From Anaerolineales bacterium (GTDB lineage: Bacteria; Chloroflexota; Anaerolineae; Anaerolineales; RBG-16-64-43), in the NCBI GenBank assembly GCA_016932475.1, contig JAFGCU010000056.1, positions 13,787 through 77,786 on the forward strand: a DNA stretch of 64,000 nucleotides, read 5' to 3'. Every line of letters begins with the position of its first letter. Positions within the stretch are counted from its first letter, which is position 1. Made by a program: the position numbers and the translations under genes. Shown in pieces: positions 27,341 through 36,278 of the stretch. The notes beneath the pieces are model-generated. The model had not been told where the DNA came from. It made no database searches and saw only the letters and a list, made by a program, of their open reading frames with translations.

Positions 27341-27368
27341 ACTATAACTTCATTTGCGGTTTTGTCAA
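27341..27368 (-). promoter_or_regulatory. sigma-70-type promoter TTGACA-16-TATAGT for the 27295..23618 operon
   Basis: Minus-strand read cTTGACAaaaccgcaaatgaagtTATAGTataaa. -35 is at 27363-27368 and -10 at 27341-27346. It lies about 45 nt upstream of the ATG at 27295. Confidence 0.6.
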
Positions 27369-27398
27369 GAGGGGTTGGGGGAAAAGCGGGGCGGAACG

Positions 27399-28187
27399 TC
27401 AGTTCGAGGTTTCCAACAGCGTGTAGACGGATATTTCCTCAAACCCCACGGAAAGGATCGTGCCTTTTTCGGTCCGGACGAAAAGCCCGATCCCGCCCGT
27501 GGTGCTCATCGGATCGTGTCCGGAAAAAACCTCAATCCCCCCCACGAAAAAACGGAAGACCTGCCCCCGGATCAGCACCCCGATCCGGTTGGTGGCCGGT
27601 GCGCCCCGGAGCAACCCCAGCGTTTCCCTCCAGACGCTGGCGCCCTCCACCTGCAGGCCCTTGATCCGTTCGAATCGCATCTGCCCAAAGCAGGTCACCG
27701 CCAGGCGGTAGCTGTAATCCTTCCCGTTGCGGAAGATGATTCCAAAGGTGTCATAACTCTCCGCGCACAACAGGGTCTGGACCGTCACATCGATGTAAAT
27801 GTCGGCGGGAAAATCCCTCGGCAGAATGGAAACCAGCGGCAGGTAGGCCGCGTTGGCGGTGAAGACCAGCATCCCTCCGGAAAAATCGACCGTTCCGGCT
27901 TCCGATTTCGCAAGATTCCAGCCGGTGATGGCGTTATCCAGAGGATCGTGGAAAATGCGCTCCTCGGCTTCCCCCGGCCGCAGCGCGTCCGGTGTCCGGG
28001 ACGGGGCGGCGGTCGGCAATTCGGTCGGGATTGCCTCCAGCGTGGGAAGCAGTGAACTGAGCGGCAATTCGGGGGTGAAGGTCGGTGTGCGCGTGGGCTC
28101 GAATGTCGGAGTAACCAGTTCAATCGTGCAGGCGGATAGCGCCATCGCCGCGAGCGCCGCGCCGGCGGCCGCCATCCGGGCATCCAT
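27399..28187 (-). CDS. secreted lipoprotein: PT-rich linker + beta-rich (possibly LamG/concanavalin-like) domain
   Basis: Inside ORF 27399..28262. Signal AAGAALAAMALSAC, linker TPTFEPTRTPTFTPELP, then a beta-strand-rich domain. Start choice (28187 or 28175) is uncertain. Confidence 0.65.
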   Translation of the reverse strand: MDARMAAAGAALAAMALSACTIELVTPTFEPTRTPTFTPELPLSSLLPTLEAIPTELPTAAPSRTPDALRPGEAEERIFHDPLDNAITGWNLAKSEAGTVDFSGGMLVFTANAAYLPLVSILPRDFPADIYIDVTVQTLLCAESYDTFGIIFRNGKDYSYRLAVTCFGQMRFERIKGLQVEGASVWRETLGLLRGAPATNRIGVLIRGQVFRFFVGGIEVFSGHDPMSTTGGIGLFVRTEKGTILSVGFEEISVYTLLETSN

Positions 28188-28299
28188 CCGGCGGACCGGC
28201 CGAACACCCGAACGCCCGAAAAAAGCCGGCTTCTGTTTGAAGCAAAAACGCAGCCGCGCCATTATCCGGAGCCTGAACCGGGAGAGCGCCGCTTGCGCG

Positions 28300-29175
28300 T
28301 CATGGAAGAATCCAATACGCCACTTCGCTTACGCGGACGGTGAAGTTCGCCGTGTTCACGGCGCCCACGAACAGCCCGAAGCGCCCTTCCCCGAACGACG
28401 GCACGCTAAAATCCGTCAGGTAATGGCCGTTGGCGTAGAGAATGAGGTGCGTTCCATCCGCTTTAAAACCCATCCGGTTGGTCTGGCCGGTGCCCGCGAG
28501 GATGTGTGTGTTCGGAGTCCAATCCGCCAGATAATGGAATTTGTTATCCAGGCTGGAATCGAAAAATCCGAAAGAGTAGTATCCGTCGCAGGAGAAACGC
28601 GCCAAATACGACGGGTTGTTGGCCGGGTGCGGCACCCCGACGACCAGCCCGTAGCGGTCGCGCCCGGAACAGGTATCCGTCGTGGCCGTCATTTCCAGGT
28701 AATAATCCGTCAACTTCCATGATGTCAGCGTCCAGCTATCGTAGGCGTTGGCGTTCTTGGCGACCATCAGGAATTTATGGTCTACCACGTCGAAGCGGAC
28801 ATTCGAATCGTCATACAGGTACCAGTTGGTCCCGTCGGGGAAATCGGTCCTATAGTTGGGCGTTCCCAGCGCCAGGCGCGGGTCGCCCGCTGGCGGAGTG
28901 ACCGTGGGGGTTTGTGTGGTCGTCGCGGTCACCGTGGGCGTGGCCGAGGGTGGAGGAGACCCGGTCGGCGTCACGGTCGGAAGCTCTCCCGGCGAACCGC
29001 CTCCGTTTTCCACGGGGCCAAGGGGTGTGCCCCCGGCCTGGGTTAACGCAGCCATTGAGGTAAGCTGCCGCGCCACTTCGGTGTTAACGGCGTTTTCGGA
29101 TACCGTTGTTGCGGTTCCCACACAAGCAAGAGTGCATAAAAGGCCTGCGCCAAGGAGGATGATTTTCCGGTTCAT
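28300..29175 (-). CDS. secreted lipoprotein, same architecture as 27399..28187
   Basis: Inside ORF 28300..29208. MNRKIILLGAGLLCTLAC signal after GGAGGGA. Linker PTVTPTGSPPPSATPTVTATTTQTPTVTPP. Beta-rich domain with GRFGLFVGA, compare GGIGLFVRT in the neighbour. Confidence 0.7.
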   Translation of the reverse strand: MNRKIILLGAGLLCTLACVGTATTVSENAVNTEVARQLTSMAALTQAGGTPLGPVENGGGSPGELPTVTPTGSPPPSATPTVTATTTQTPTVTPPAGDPRLALGTPNYRTDFPDGTNWYLYDDSNVRFDVVDHKFLMVAKNANAYDSWTLTSWKLTDYYLEMTATTDTCSGRDRYGLVVGVPHPANNPSYLARFSCDGYYSFGFFDSSLDNKFHYLADWTPNTHILAGTGQTNRMGFKADGTHLILYANGHYLTDFSVPSFGEGRFGLFVGAVNTANFTVRVSEVAYWILP

Positions 29176-29429
29176 GAGGGCTCCCTCCGGGAGACGCTTT
29201 CCCGGCACAAACCTCAGTATAACGGCCTATCCGGAGGCGGGCAAGGAAGCGGGGTTGCCATGGATGGCTCGGCTCCAATTCGATTTATGCGGATGATCCA
29301 ACCACCGGCCCCGTCAATGGTTCCCGTTTATGATTTTTCCCGACAGGGAAGGGTGGAAATCCGGTTTTCCTGCCGATCCTATCCAGGGTTTACCGGCTGG
29401 CCGCATGCGACCTCGCCGCCTTCCCCCGG

Positions 29430-29458
29430 TTGCACCGCGCGCCCCCCTCTTATACAAT
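29430..29458 (+). promoter_or_regulatory. candidate promoter TTGCAC-17-TACAAT upstream of spoVS
   Basis: ggTTGCACcgcgcgcccccctcttaTACAATcatt, 60 nt before the spoVS ATG. Confidence 0.45.
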
Positions 29459-29518
29459 CATTGGAACGCGGACGTTCGCTGCCAGGCGGGGAGTTTGCGC
29501 CCCGGGAAGGGAGCGGCC

Positions 29519-29779
29519 ATGGATGTCATTAAGGTTTCCGCCGAATCCAAAACCAGCGCGGTGGCCGGCGCGATCGCCGGGGTAATGCGCGAATACAAAC
29601 ACGCGGAGGTTCAGGCGATTGGAGCCGGCGCGGTGAACCAGGCGGTCAAAGCCTGCGCCATTGCACGGACATTCCTCGAGGGGGACGGGTTGAACGTGGT
29701 GTGCATTCCGTCCTTTGTGGAAGTCGTCATCGACGGGAAGGAGCGCACCGCCCTGCGCCTGATTGTGGAACCCCGGTAA
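29519..29779 (+). CDS. spoVS: SpoVS family protein
   Basis: 86 aa. MDVIKVSAESKTSAVAGAIAGVMREYKHAEVQAIGAGAVNQAVKA is the canonical SpoVS sequence. It is the tail of ORF 29330..29779. Confidence 0.92.
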   Translation: MDVIKVSAESKTSAVAGAIAGVMREYKHAEVQAIGAGAVNQAVKACAIARTFLEGDGLNVVCIPSFVEVVIDGKERTALRLIVEPR

Positions 29780-29834
29780 AGACGATCCATCGCACCGCCC
29801 TTACCGCCGCATCGGCTTTTCAATCCATCCTGAA

Positions 29835-30821
29835 TTAGCCGTTCGGCGCATCGAGGAATGCCGCCTCAAGCGCCAGTTTGACGTTTGCGTTGCGGTCGAT
29901 CTGTTCTTCCGCCCGGCGCAGCGCGGCCAGCCACCGGCGCGCCTGCCCCGGAGTGACGCGCTCTCCAAGCTCAGTAATCTGGTCGATAAAATCGACGTTG
30001 GTAATCTCGGCATCCTTCGACAGGGTTCGAAGCAGAAGGTCGTGCCCGAAGGATTCCCAGCTCTGCATCGCCGAACGCAGCTCCTCGCGGTCCTCGGCTG
30101 CTTTTTGGGCGGTGGCAAACCGTGCGGCGCGGTTGCCCCGTAGGATGCCCAACCATTGGGCAAAAAGCTCTCCGCGACCGGCTTCCGCCTCCTCCCATGG
30201 CGCCTGGTGGATCACCCAGCCCAACCGTCCCCCGGAGAGCCGTGCGAGCACCTCCGCCCGTTCGGGCGGGAGCTTCCAACGTTCCTGCAGCGCCCGGGCA
30301 ATGACGCTTTCCGGGAGCGGCCGCAGGGGGATCACCCGGCAGCGCGATGTGATGGTCGGCAGGAGTTCATCGGCGCTCTCCGCCGTCAGGAGGAGAATGG
30401 CGGATGGGGGCGGCTCTTCTATTGTTTTCAGGAGGGCATTGGCCGCGTTGGGGAGCGCGCGGTGAAAATCCGCCAGCAGGGCGATCCGCCGGGCGGCCTC
30501 GATCGGACGCAGCATCACCGAGTGGACGACCTCGCGGGCGGCATCCACCAGGATTCGCGCGCCGGATCCTTCCGGGCGCAACAGGAACAGGTCCGGATGC
30601 TTCTCCGCGGCAATCAGGGTGCAGGCCCGGCACTTGCCGCACGGGTCGCCCGGGGCCGGCGGCGCCTCGCAGTTGACGGCCTGCGCCATTTGCAGCGCCA
30701 GAGTCCGCTTGCCGATCCCGTCCGCGCCGGTGAAAAGGTAGGCATGGGCGACGCGCCCGGCGGAGATGTCCCTGCGCAGCAGTTCGACCGCGCCTTCATG
30801 ACCGACGATGTCCCACGGCAT
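29835..30821 (-). CDS. holB: DNA polymerase III delta' subunit
   Basis: Inside ORF 29835..30962. MPWDIVGHEGAVELL...HAYLFTGADGIGKRTLA...CGKCRAC... Confidence 0.88.
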   Translation of the reverse strand: MPWDIVGHEGAVELLRRDISAGRVAHAYLFTGADGIGKRTLALQMAQAVNCEAPPAPGDPCGKCRACTLIAAEKHPDLFLLRPEGSGARILVDAAREVVHSVMLRPIEAARRIALLADFHRALPNAANALLKTIEEPPPSAILLLTAESADELLPTITSRCRVIPLRPLPESVIARALQERWKLPPERAEVLARLSGGRLGWVIHQAPWEEAEAGRGELFAQWLGILRGNRAARFATAQKAAEDREELRSAMQSWESFGHDLLLRTLSKDAEITNVDFIDQITELGERVTPGQARRWLAALRRAEEQIDRNANVKLALEAAFLDAPNG

Positions 30822-30961
30822 GCCGCCGATTTTACCATCCGCCCCTCCTCCGGCTTTCTTCCCACTTGCGGGAATCGCAAAAATCGCGTACATTTGACCC
30901 GGAACGAGGGAGAAAACCCCGGGCGACCATATTCCTTGCATTTCAGAAAGGAGTTCCATCA

Positions 30962-31261
30962 ATGGCTAAAGGATTGAGCAAGGCGGAATTCATTGGGAAG
31001 CTTGCCGAGGTCACGAACCTGAGCAAAAAGGAAGCGGCTGCCTACTTGGAGTCGGTGGGGAAGATCGTCACCGAGGAACTGAAGTCTCACGGAGAGGTGA
31101 CCATCCCGGGATTGATCAAAGTCCGTGTTTCGATCCGCAAGGCCACTCCCGAGCGAGAACGGATGAACCCTTTCACCAAGCAAATGCAGATGGTGCCGGC
31201 CAAGCCCGAGCGGCGCGTGGTGAAAGCGGCGCCCGTCAAAGCACTGAAAGAAATCCTCTGA
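30962..31261 (+). CDS. hup: HU family DNA-binding protein
   Basis: Tail of ORF 30866..31261. AAAGGAG RBS. LSKAEFIGKLAEVTNLSKKEAAAYLESVGKIVTEELK...IPGLIKV. Confidence 0.9.
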   Translation: MAKGLSKAEFIGKLAEVTNLSKKEAAAYLESVGKIVTEELKSHGEVTIPGLIKVRVSIRKATPERERMNPFTKQMQMVPAKPERRVVKAAPVKALKEIL

Positions 31262-31323
31262 TTTTTTCGGCGCCACAACAAAAACGGAAACGCATCTACA
31301 CCCCTTTGGAGTCGGTGTAATCC

Positions 31324-31947
31324 ATGCCTATTACCACATGCCCGCACTGTCACATGCGTATCTGGCCGAGACCGGATGGATCCTGTCCGAGCTGCAACGG
31401 CCAGATTGCGCAGACGGAAGCTCCCGCGCCCGCCTCGAAATCCTCCGCGGCGGTCATTAAGCGCGCGGCGAAAGCGGCCGATCGAAAAAAACCGGCTTCC
31501 CGGGCAGCCAAATCTCCGGCTGCGCCGAGCGCGCGGGATATCGAACTGCTGTATCAGGATTACCTCCAAACGGCAAAGGACGTCCGCCGGAGCGCCTTGC
31601 GCGTTTTTTATCCGTACCTTGCGCTGGGGATCGCCGTCGCCGCCGTTTGCATCGCCATCAGCTTCTTCACCTGGCAGCAAAAATTGGCGGACATCGGCTT
31701 CACCAAAGTCCCCGGCCCGCTGACCTGGGTCCTGATCTGGGGCGGGCTTTTCGTATGCCTGGGGATTATTGTTCTGGGCGCCATCAAAGGCGACCAATGG
31801 GGTCTCGTCCAAGCCCGTGAGATAGCCAAGGACCGGACCGGATTCCCGGAATTCTACAAAGCCTTTATAAAACGTTTCTGGCCGAAGGAAGGGATGATCA
31901 CAGGCCCGGTTTTGGGCAAATTCCTGGTCTTCGTCGGCAGAAAGTAA
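31324..31947 (+). CDS. zinc-ribbon membrane protein (hypothetical)
   Basis: CPHC...CPSC N-terminal ribbon, basic linker, two TM helices. Confidence 0.65.
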   Translation: MPITTCPHCHMRIWPRPDGSCPSCNGQIAQTEAPAPASKSSAAVIKRAAKAADRKKPASRAAKSPAAPSARDIELLYQDYLQTAKDVRRSALRVFYPYLALGIAVAAVCIAISFFTWQQKLADIGFTKVPGPLTWVLIWGGLFVCLGIIVLGAIKGDQWGLVQAREIAKDRTGFPEFYKAFIKRFWPKEGMITGPVLGKFLVFVGRK

Positions 31948-32024
31948 TTTGACCTGAACATTGAGGCGCCATACCGGGGCGGGGTTTTTCCTCCCGCCCC
32001 GTTTCTCTTTTATAATGCCCTGCT

Positions 32025-33071
32025 ATGCCCCCCACTGCACCGCCGGTCGTATACCTCCTGCACGGTGAAGACGACCAGGCCATCGGAGATTTTCTCTCCC
32101 AGCTGACCGCCAAACTCGGCGACGCGACGACGGCCGAGATGAACACCACGCGCATGGAATCCAAGGGGTTGTCGCTCGCCGCGCTGCGCGCCGCCAGCCT
32201 GACCGCCCCCTTCCTGGCGCGCCGGCGGCTTGTCCTCTTGGATGGATTCCTTTCCGGACTCTCCACCCGCAGGGGAAAATCCGCCGGGGAGGCGCCGGAC
32301 GAATCGGAATCCGAATCCGGTTCCGCTTCCGAGCGAAAGGAACTGCTCAAAGAGTTCCTCGGGTTCCTCCCGGAACTTCCGGCCACCACCGCGCTGGTTC
32401 TGATGGAAAGACGTACGCTTCCGGCGAACCACGCGGTTTTAAAATGGGCGGAGGACCACCCGGCGCTGATCTATGTCCGGGCGTTTGTCCCGCCGAAAGG
32501 GTCCGCGCTTCCCGGTTGGATCACCGCGCGCGCGAAGGTCGAAGGCGGGGAGTTCACGCCGCAAGCGGCGCAAATGCTCGCATCCGTCGTCGGGGATGAC
32601 CTGCGGCTGCTGGCGCAGGAGATCGTCAAACTGCTCACCCACGCCAATTTCTCGCGGCCGGTCACGCCGGAGGATATCGCCGCCCTTACCCCCGAGAGCG
32701 TGGTGACGAGCATCTTCGACATGGTGGACAGCATCGGCAACCGCGACGGCGCGCGCGCCATGCGCCTGCTCCGGAAAACGCTTGGGCAGGGCAACATCGG
32801 CGGCGTGTTCGCTATGATCGTCCGCCAGTTCCGGCTCATTCTCCTCGCGCGCGAGGCGCTCGACGACGGCACGCCCGCCGCGCATCTGGCCTCCGCGCTT
32901 AATGTGCATCCGTTCGTGGCCCAAAAAATCGCGGCGCAGGCGCGGAATTTCCGCCTCGTAACGCTGGAGGATATTTACCGGCGCCTGCGGGATATCGATG
33001 ACGCGGTGAAGAGCGGCCGGATCGAATTGGAGACGGCGATGGAAGCGTTCGTGTCGCAAATGGCATCTTAA
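32025..33071 (+). CDS. holA: DNA polymerase III delta subunit
   Basis: VYLLHGEDDQAIGDFL N-terminus. The size and C-terminal helical domain are typical of HolA. Confidence 0.85.
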   Translation: MPPTAPPVVYLLHGEDDQAIGDFLSQLTAKLGDATTAEMNTTRMESKGLSLAALRAASLTAPFLARRRLVLLDGFLSGLSTRRGKSAGEAPDESESESGSASERKELLKEFLGFLPELPATTALVLMERRTLPANHAVLKWAEDHPALIYVRAFVPPKGSALPGWITARAKVEGGEFTPQAAQMLASVVGDDLRLLAQEIVKLLTHANFSRPVTPEDIAALTPESVVTSIFDMVDSIGNRDGARAMRLLRKTLGQGNIGGVFAMIVRQFRLILLAREALDDGTPAAHLASALNVHPFVAQKIAAQARNFRLVTLEDIYRRLRDIDDAVKSGRIELETAMEAFVSQMAS

Positions 33072-33072
33072 T

Positions 33073-33138
33073 CCACACAAAAAGCGCAGAAGCACAAAGA
33101 ATTTATTTTTCTATTAATTATGCCCTTTGTGGCAAAAA
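33073..33138. repeat. CACAAAG-type hairpin repeat (degenerate copy)
   Basis: ccacacaaaaagcgcagaagcacaaagaa - AT-rich loop - gccctttgtggcaaaaag. Confidence 0.45.
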
Positions 33139-33158
33139 GATAATTGCCTGGAATCCGA

Positions 33159-34748
33159 TTACAGCTTGGATGCGTCAATCGACAGATACCGCTCGATCGG
33201 GATATCGATCGGCGTGTGGATAAAGCCCCGCACGTACGGTTTCACCAGCACATAGGAAAGGTAATGGACGGTGAACAGGACGGGCATATCCTTGAGGATG
33301 ATATCCTCCGCCTGCTGGTAGAGCAGGATCCGCTTTTGCACGTCCGGTTCGATGCGCCCGGCTTCCAGGATCGCATCCAATTCCGGGTTGGAATATCCGC
33401 CCTCGTTGACGTTCCCCTGGGTATGGAAGAGGATGTCGGCGAAGTTCTCCGGGTCCGGATAATCCGCGCACCAGCCGCTGCTCCACATCTGTCCGCGCCG
33501 GCCGGCTTCGATCTCATCCCAGAATTTTTCGGGCTGCAGGTTTTCCACCCGGACGGTAACCCCGAGGTATTGTTTCCACATCGAGGCCATCGCCGCAAGA
33601 TCGCTGCTTAGCGCGCTTCCATAACCCGCGTCCGTCACCAAAACAACCGGGAAATCCCCGGCGTACCTGGATTCCGACAGCAGCGCTTTTGCCGCCGACG
33701 GATCGAATCGCAGGCTCTCAAGCCCTTCCCGCCGGCCAGGCATCCCCGGCGGGTAAAGCCCCGTCGCCGGAAGCGCCACTCCGTCAAAGACGAGGTTCAC
33801 AAATTGCTGCCGGTCGAAAGCCAGGCTGAACGCCTGCCGCACTTTAGGGTCGTCGAAAGGCTTGCGGGTGTTGTCGAACACAACGAACTGCGTGCACAAA
33901 TCGGCCCCGCCGGTCAGTTCGGCGTACAGGGGATTCTCCGGATCGCTCACCCGCGGAACGTCGTACCAGTACACCGATCCGATGTCGATCTCGTTGGATT
34001 CGTACAACCGGATCGGGACTCCGGAGTAGAGCCGGATGACGATGTATCGGATCGCGGGCGCGCCCAGGTAGAAATTCTCGTTGCGCTCGTATACCATTTC
34101 CGCCATGCTCTCCCAACTCGCCAATTTATACGGTCCGGTGCCGTTGGGACGGCGGTACCAATCCGGACCGGATTCCACATTCGCCCGGTCCACAACAAAT
34201 GCCGTCGGATAAGTCAGTTTGGCGAGAAAATACGGCTTGGGCTGGTCGATCGTTACTTCCAGCGTACGAGCGTCCACCGCGCGCAGGCCGGAGATGTGGT
34301 CGGCCTGCCCGGCCTTCCTCTCCCGCACCCCGACGATGTCCCCGAGGTAGGTCAGGACCGTGTCGGAGTCGGTCGCCGGATCCGCGGCGCGTTCCCACGA
34401 ATACACCACGTCCTGGGCTGTGACCGCGCGTCCATCGTGGAATTGCGCGTTCGCGCGCAGGAAAAACGTGAACACCCTGCCTTCGCGCACCGTGTAGGAT
34501 TCCACCAGATCCGGCATCAAATCCAGCTGCGGGGAAAAGGAAAACAGTCCGCTAAAGATCCGCTTATCCCCCGAACTGCGCGTTGTCGCGGGGTCGTAAT
34601 CCCGCGGATCCGCGCTTTCCCCTCCGCTGAGGTATAACGTTTCTTCGCGTGGGTATCTTCGCGCGCCGGAATCCGCCCTCCAGCCGAAAGCCAGCGAGAG
34701 GATCGCGGCCGCCGCCGACAGGGAAATCCAGTTGCGTGTCGTTTTCAT
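33159..34748 (-). CDS. ABC transporter substrate-binding protein, family 5 (peptide/nickel type)
   Basis: Inside ORF 33159..34826. Start MKTTRNWISLSAAAAILSLAF overlaps the upstream stop (ATGA). Family-5 hallmarks (FHDGRAVTAQDVVYSWER, GTGPYKL). Confidence 0.85.
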   Translation of the reverse strand: MKTTRNWISLSAAAAILSLAFGWRADSGARRYPREETLYLSGGESADPRDYDPATTRSSGDKRIFSGLFSFSPQLDLMPDLVESYTVREGRVFTFFLRANAQFHDGRAVTAQDVVYSWERAADPATDSDTVLTYLGDIVGVRERKAGQADHISGLRAVDARTLEVTIDQPKPYFLAKLTYPTAFVVDRANVESGPDWYRRPNGTGPYKLASWESMAEMVYERNENFYLGAPAIRYIVIRLYSGVPIRLYESNEIDIGSVYWYDVPRVSDPENPLYAELTGGADLCTQFVVFDNTRKPFDDPKVRQAFSLAFDRQQFVNLVFDGVALPATGLYPPGMPGRREGLESLRFDPSAAKALLSESRYAGDFPVVLVTDAGYGSALSSDLAAMASMWKQYLGVTVRVENLQPEKFWDEIEAGRRGQMWSSGWCADYPDPENFADILFHTQGNVNEGGYSNPELDAILEAGRIEPDVQKRILLYQQAEDIILKDMPVLFTVHYLSYVLVKPYVRGFIHTPIDIPIERYLSIDASKL

Positions 34749-36124
34749 TTCTTCCCCCGCGCAATCCCGATCACCAGCGCCGCGCCGATCCCGATGACCG
34801 GAATGAGGCACAACCCGCAAATGCATAAAAGGATCAGGTATTCCATAAACCCCCAGGTCACTCCTGCCGGAGAAGCGGTGGTTGCGGCAACGGCGGTGGA
34901 TGCGGCCGGCGGATTTATGGAAAGCGGTTTGTACGTCGGAACGATGGTCGCGGTCGAGGTCGGCGCGAGCGCATCCGGCGCGAGCGCATCCGCGCCGACG
35001 GATTCGCGCCAGGCCGCATCCAGACCGTCCACATTAAACCCGAACAGCTTGAGGAGCGCCTCATCGGCGGTCATGCCGAAACCGAGCAACTCGAGGAACG
35101 AGCGCATCCGCGCGGCATCGCCGCGGCGGATCAGGAAATCCACCACGCTGTAGGATTGGTTGTAGGCCAGTTCGGCTTTGCCCGGATCCTCCGGAAATCC
35201 GCCGCCCAGGCTGCGCAGCGGAAATATGGCGTTGTTATCGATGGCCGCTTGGAGCATCGCCATCCCCTCCTCGCCCGGTCCGCCTTCGCTGACCATCGCC
35301 AGCCCTTCATGGACCCAGGAGGGGATTCTCACCAGGCAAGAGAAGGTAAACCGGTCGACGACGTTGTGCATCAATTCATGGGCAATGGCGGATTTCCCCC
35401 AATCCTCGTATCCCACCGGTATGCCCAGAATGATGATGTTGTGGTCGCCGTAGGATTGCCCGCCGGTCCATCCCGGTTCGTATAAAACCGCATCCCGCAA
35501 ATCTTCGTAGCTCGCATACAGGTACAGGTCGATCGTGCCGTCCGGATGCAGGTCGATCAATTCGCCGATGTGGCGGATGGATCCGACCGCCGAATCCAGC
35601 ATGTCGCTGCCGTATGCGGCTCCCCCTTCATACCAATGGACGGCGATCGATCCGCTCGTCACTTTTTGCCAGGAATGCTCCGTATCCAGCCAGATGATCT
35701 CCGACCGCCCGATCAGCTGTTCGTTGCCGTCGGTATCCGTCGCGCGCCACTGCCACCAGATCCGTGCTCCGGGGGGTTCGGATCCGGATTTCCGCATGTC
35801 CCAGGTCCATTCCGTTTCCACCCGGGCGGCGGGGGTGAAATCCGGGAACGCCTTGGCCGTCACTTCCCCGCATGTCAGCCGGTCCACGCCGTATTCGAGA
35901 ACGATCCGTTCGATCTCGGCCGGAGCGCTGATCGTCAGTTGAAAAGTGACGGTGTTTGGAAAATCCAGCACGGCGCGGTTGCGTTCCACCGAAAGACCGG
36001 CCGACGCGGCCTGCACCGGGAGGATGGGCGCGAGGATCGCCAGCAGCGCGGCTGCGCCGCTGATGGCCAGCGCCAAACCGATTCTGGAATGGGTTGATCG
36101 ATGAAGAACTGGATGGTTTTTCAT
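34745..36124 (-). CDS. peptidase MA-like zinc metallopeptidase with C-terminal TM anchor
   Basis: Inside ORF 34745..36175. Signal, HEXXH (AIAHELMHNVV), C-terminal TM LILLCICGLCLIPVIGIGAALVIGI. Confidence 0.7.
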   Translation of the reverse strand: MKNHPVLHRSTHSRIGLALAISGAAALLAILAPILPVQAASAGLSVERNRAVLDFPNTVTFQLTISAPAEIERIVLEYGVDRLTCGEVTAKAFPDFTPAARVETEWTWDMRKSGSEPPGARIWWQWRATDTDGNEQLIGRSEIIWLDTEHSWQKVTSGSIAVHWYEGGAAYGSDMLDSAVGSIRHIGELIDLHPDGTIDLYLYASYEDLRDAVLYEPGWTGGQSYGDHNIIILGIPVGYEDWGKSAIAHELMHNVVDRFTFSCLVRIPSWVHEGLAMVSEGGPGEEGMAMLQAAIDNNAIFPLRSLGGGFPEDPGKAELAYNQSYSVVDFLIRRGDAARMRSFLELLGFGMTADEALLKLFGFNVDGLDAAWRESVGADALAPDALAPTSTATIVPTYKPLSINPPAASTAVAATTASPAGVTWGFMEYLILLCICGLCLIPVIGIGAALVIGIARGKK

Positions 36125-36278
36125 GCTGTGTCCCTGCCGGCCAATTTTATAAGTCCGCCGGGCGGTCTCATTCAAAAGGTAGCGCAGGATTATACGACGG
36201 GGTGACGCAAAAGGCGGTCGAGCAGCCCTTTATCCCGACGGGGCTGTTCGACCGCCAGGCCGAATAATGGCTGCCGGT

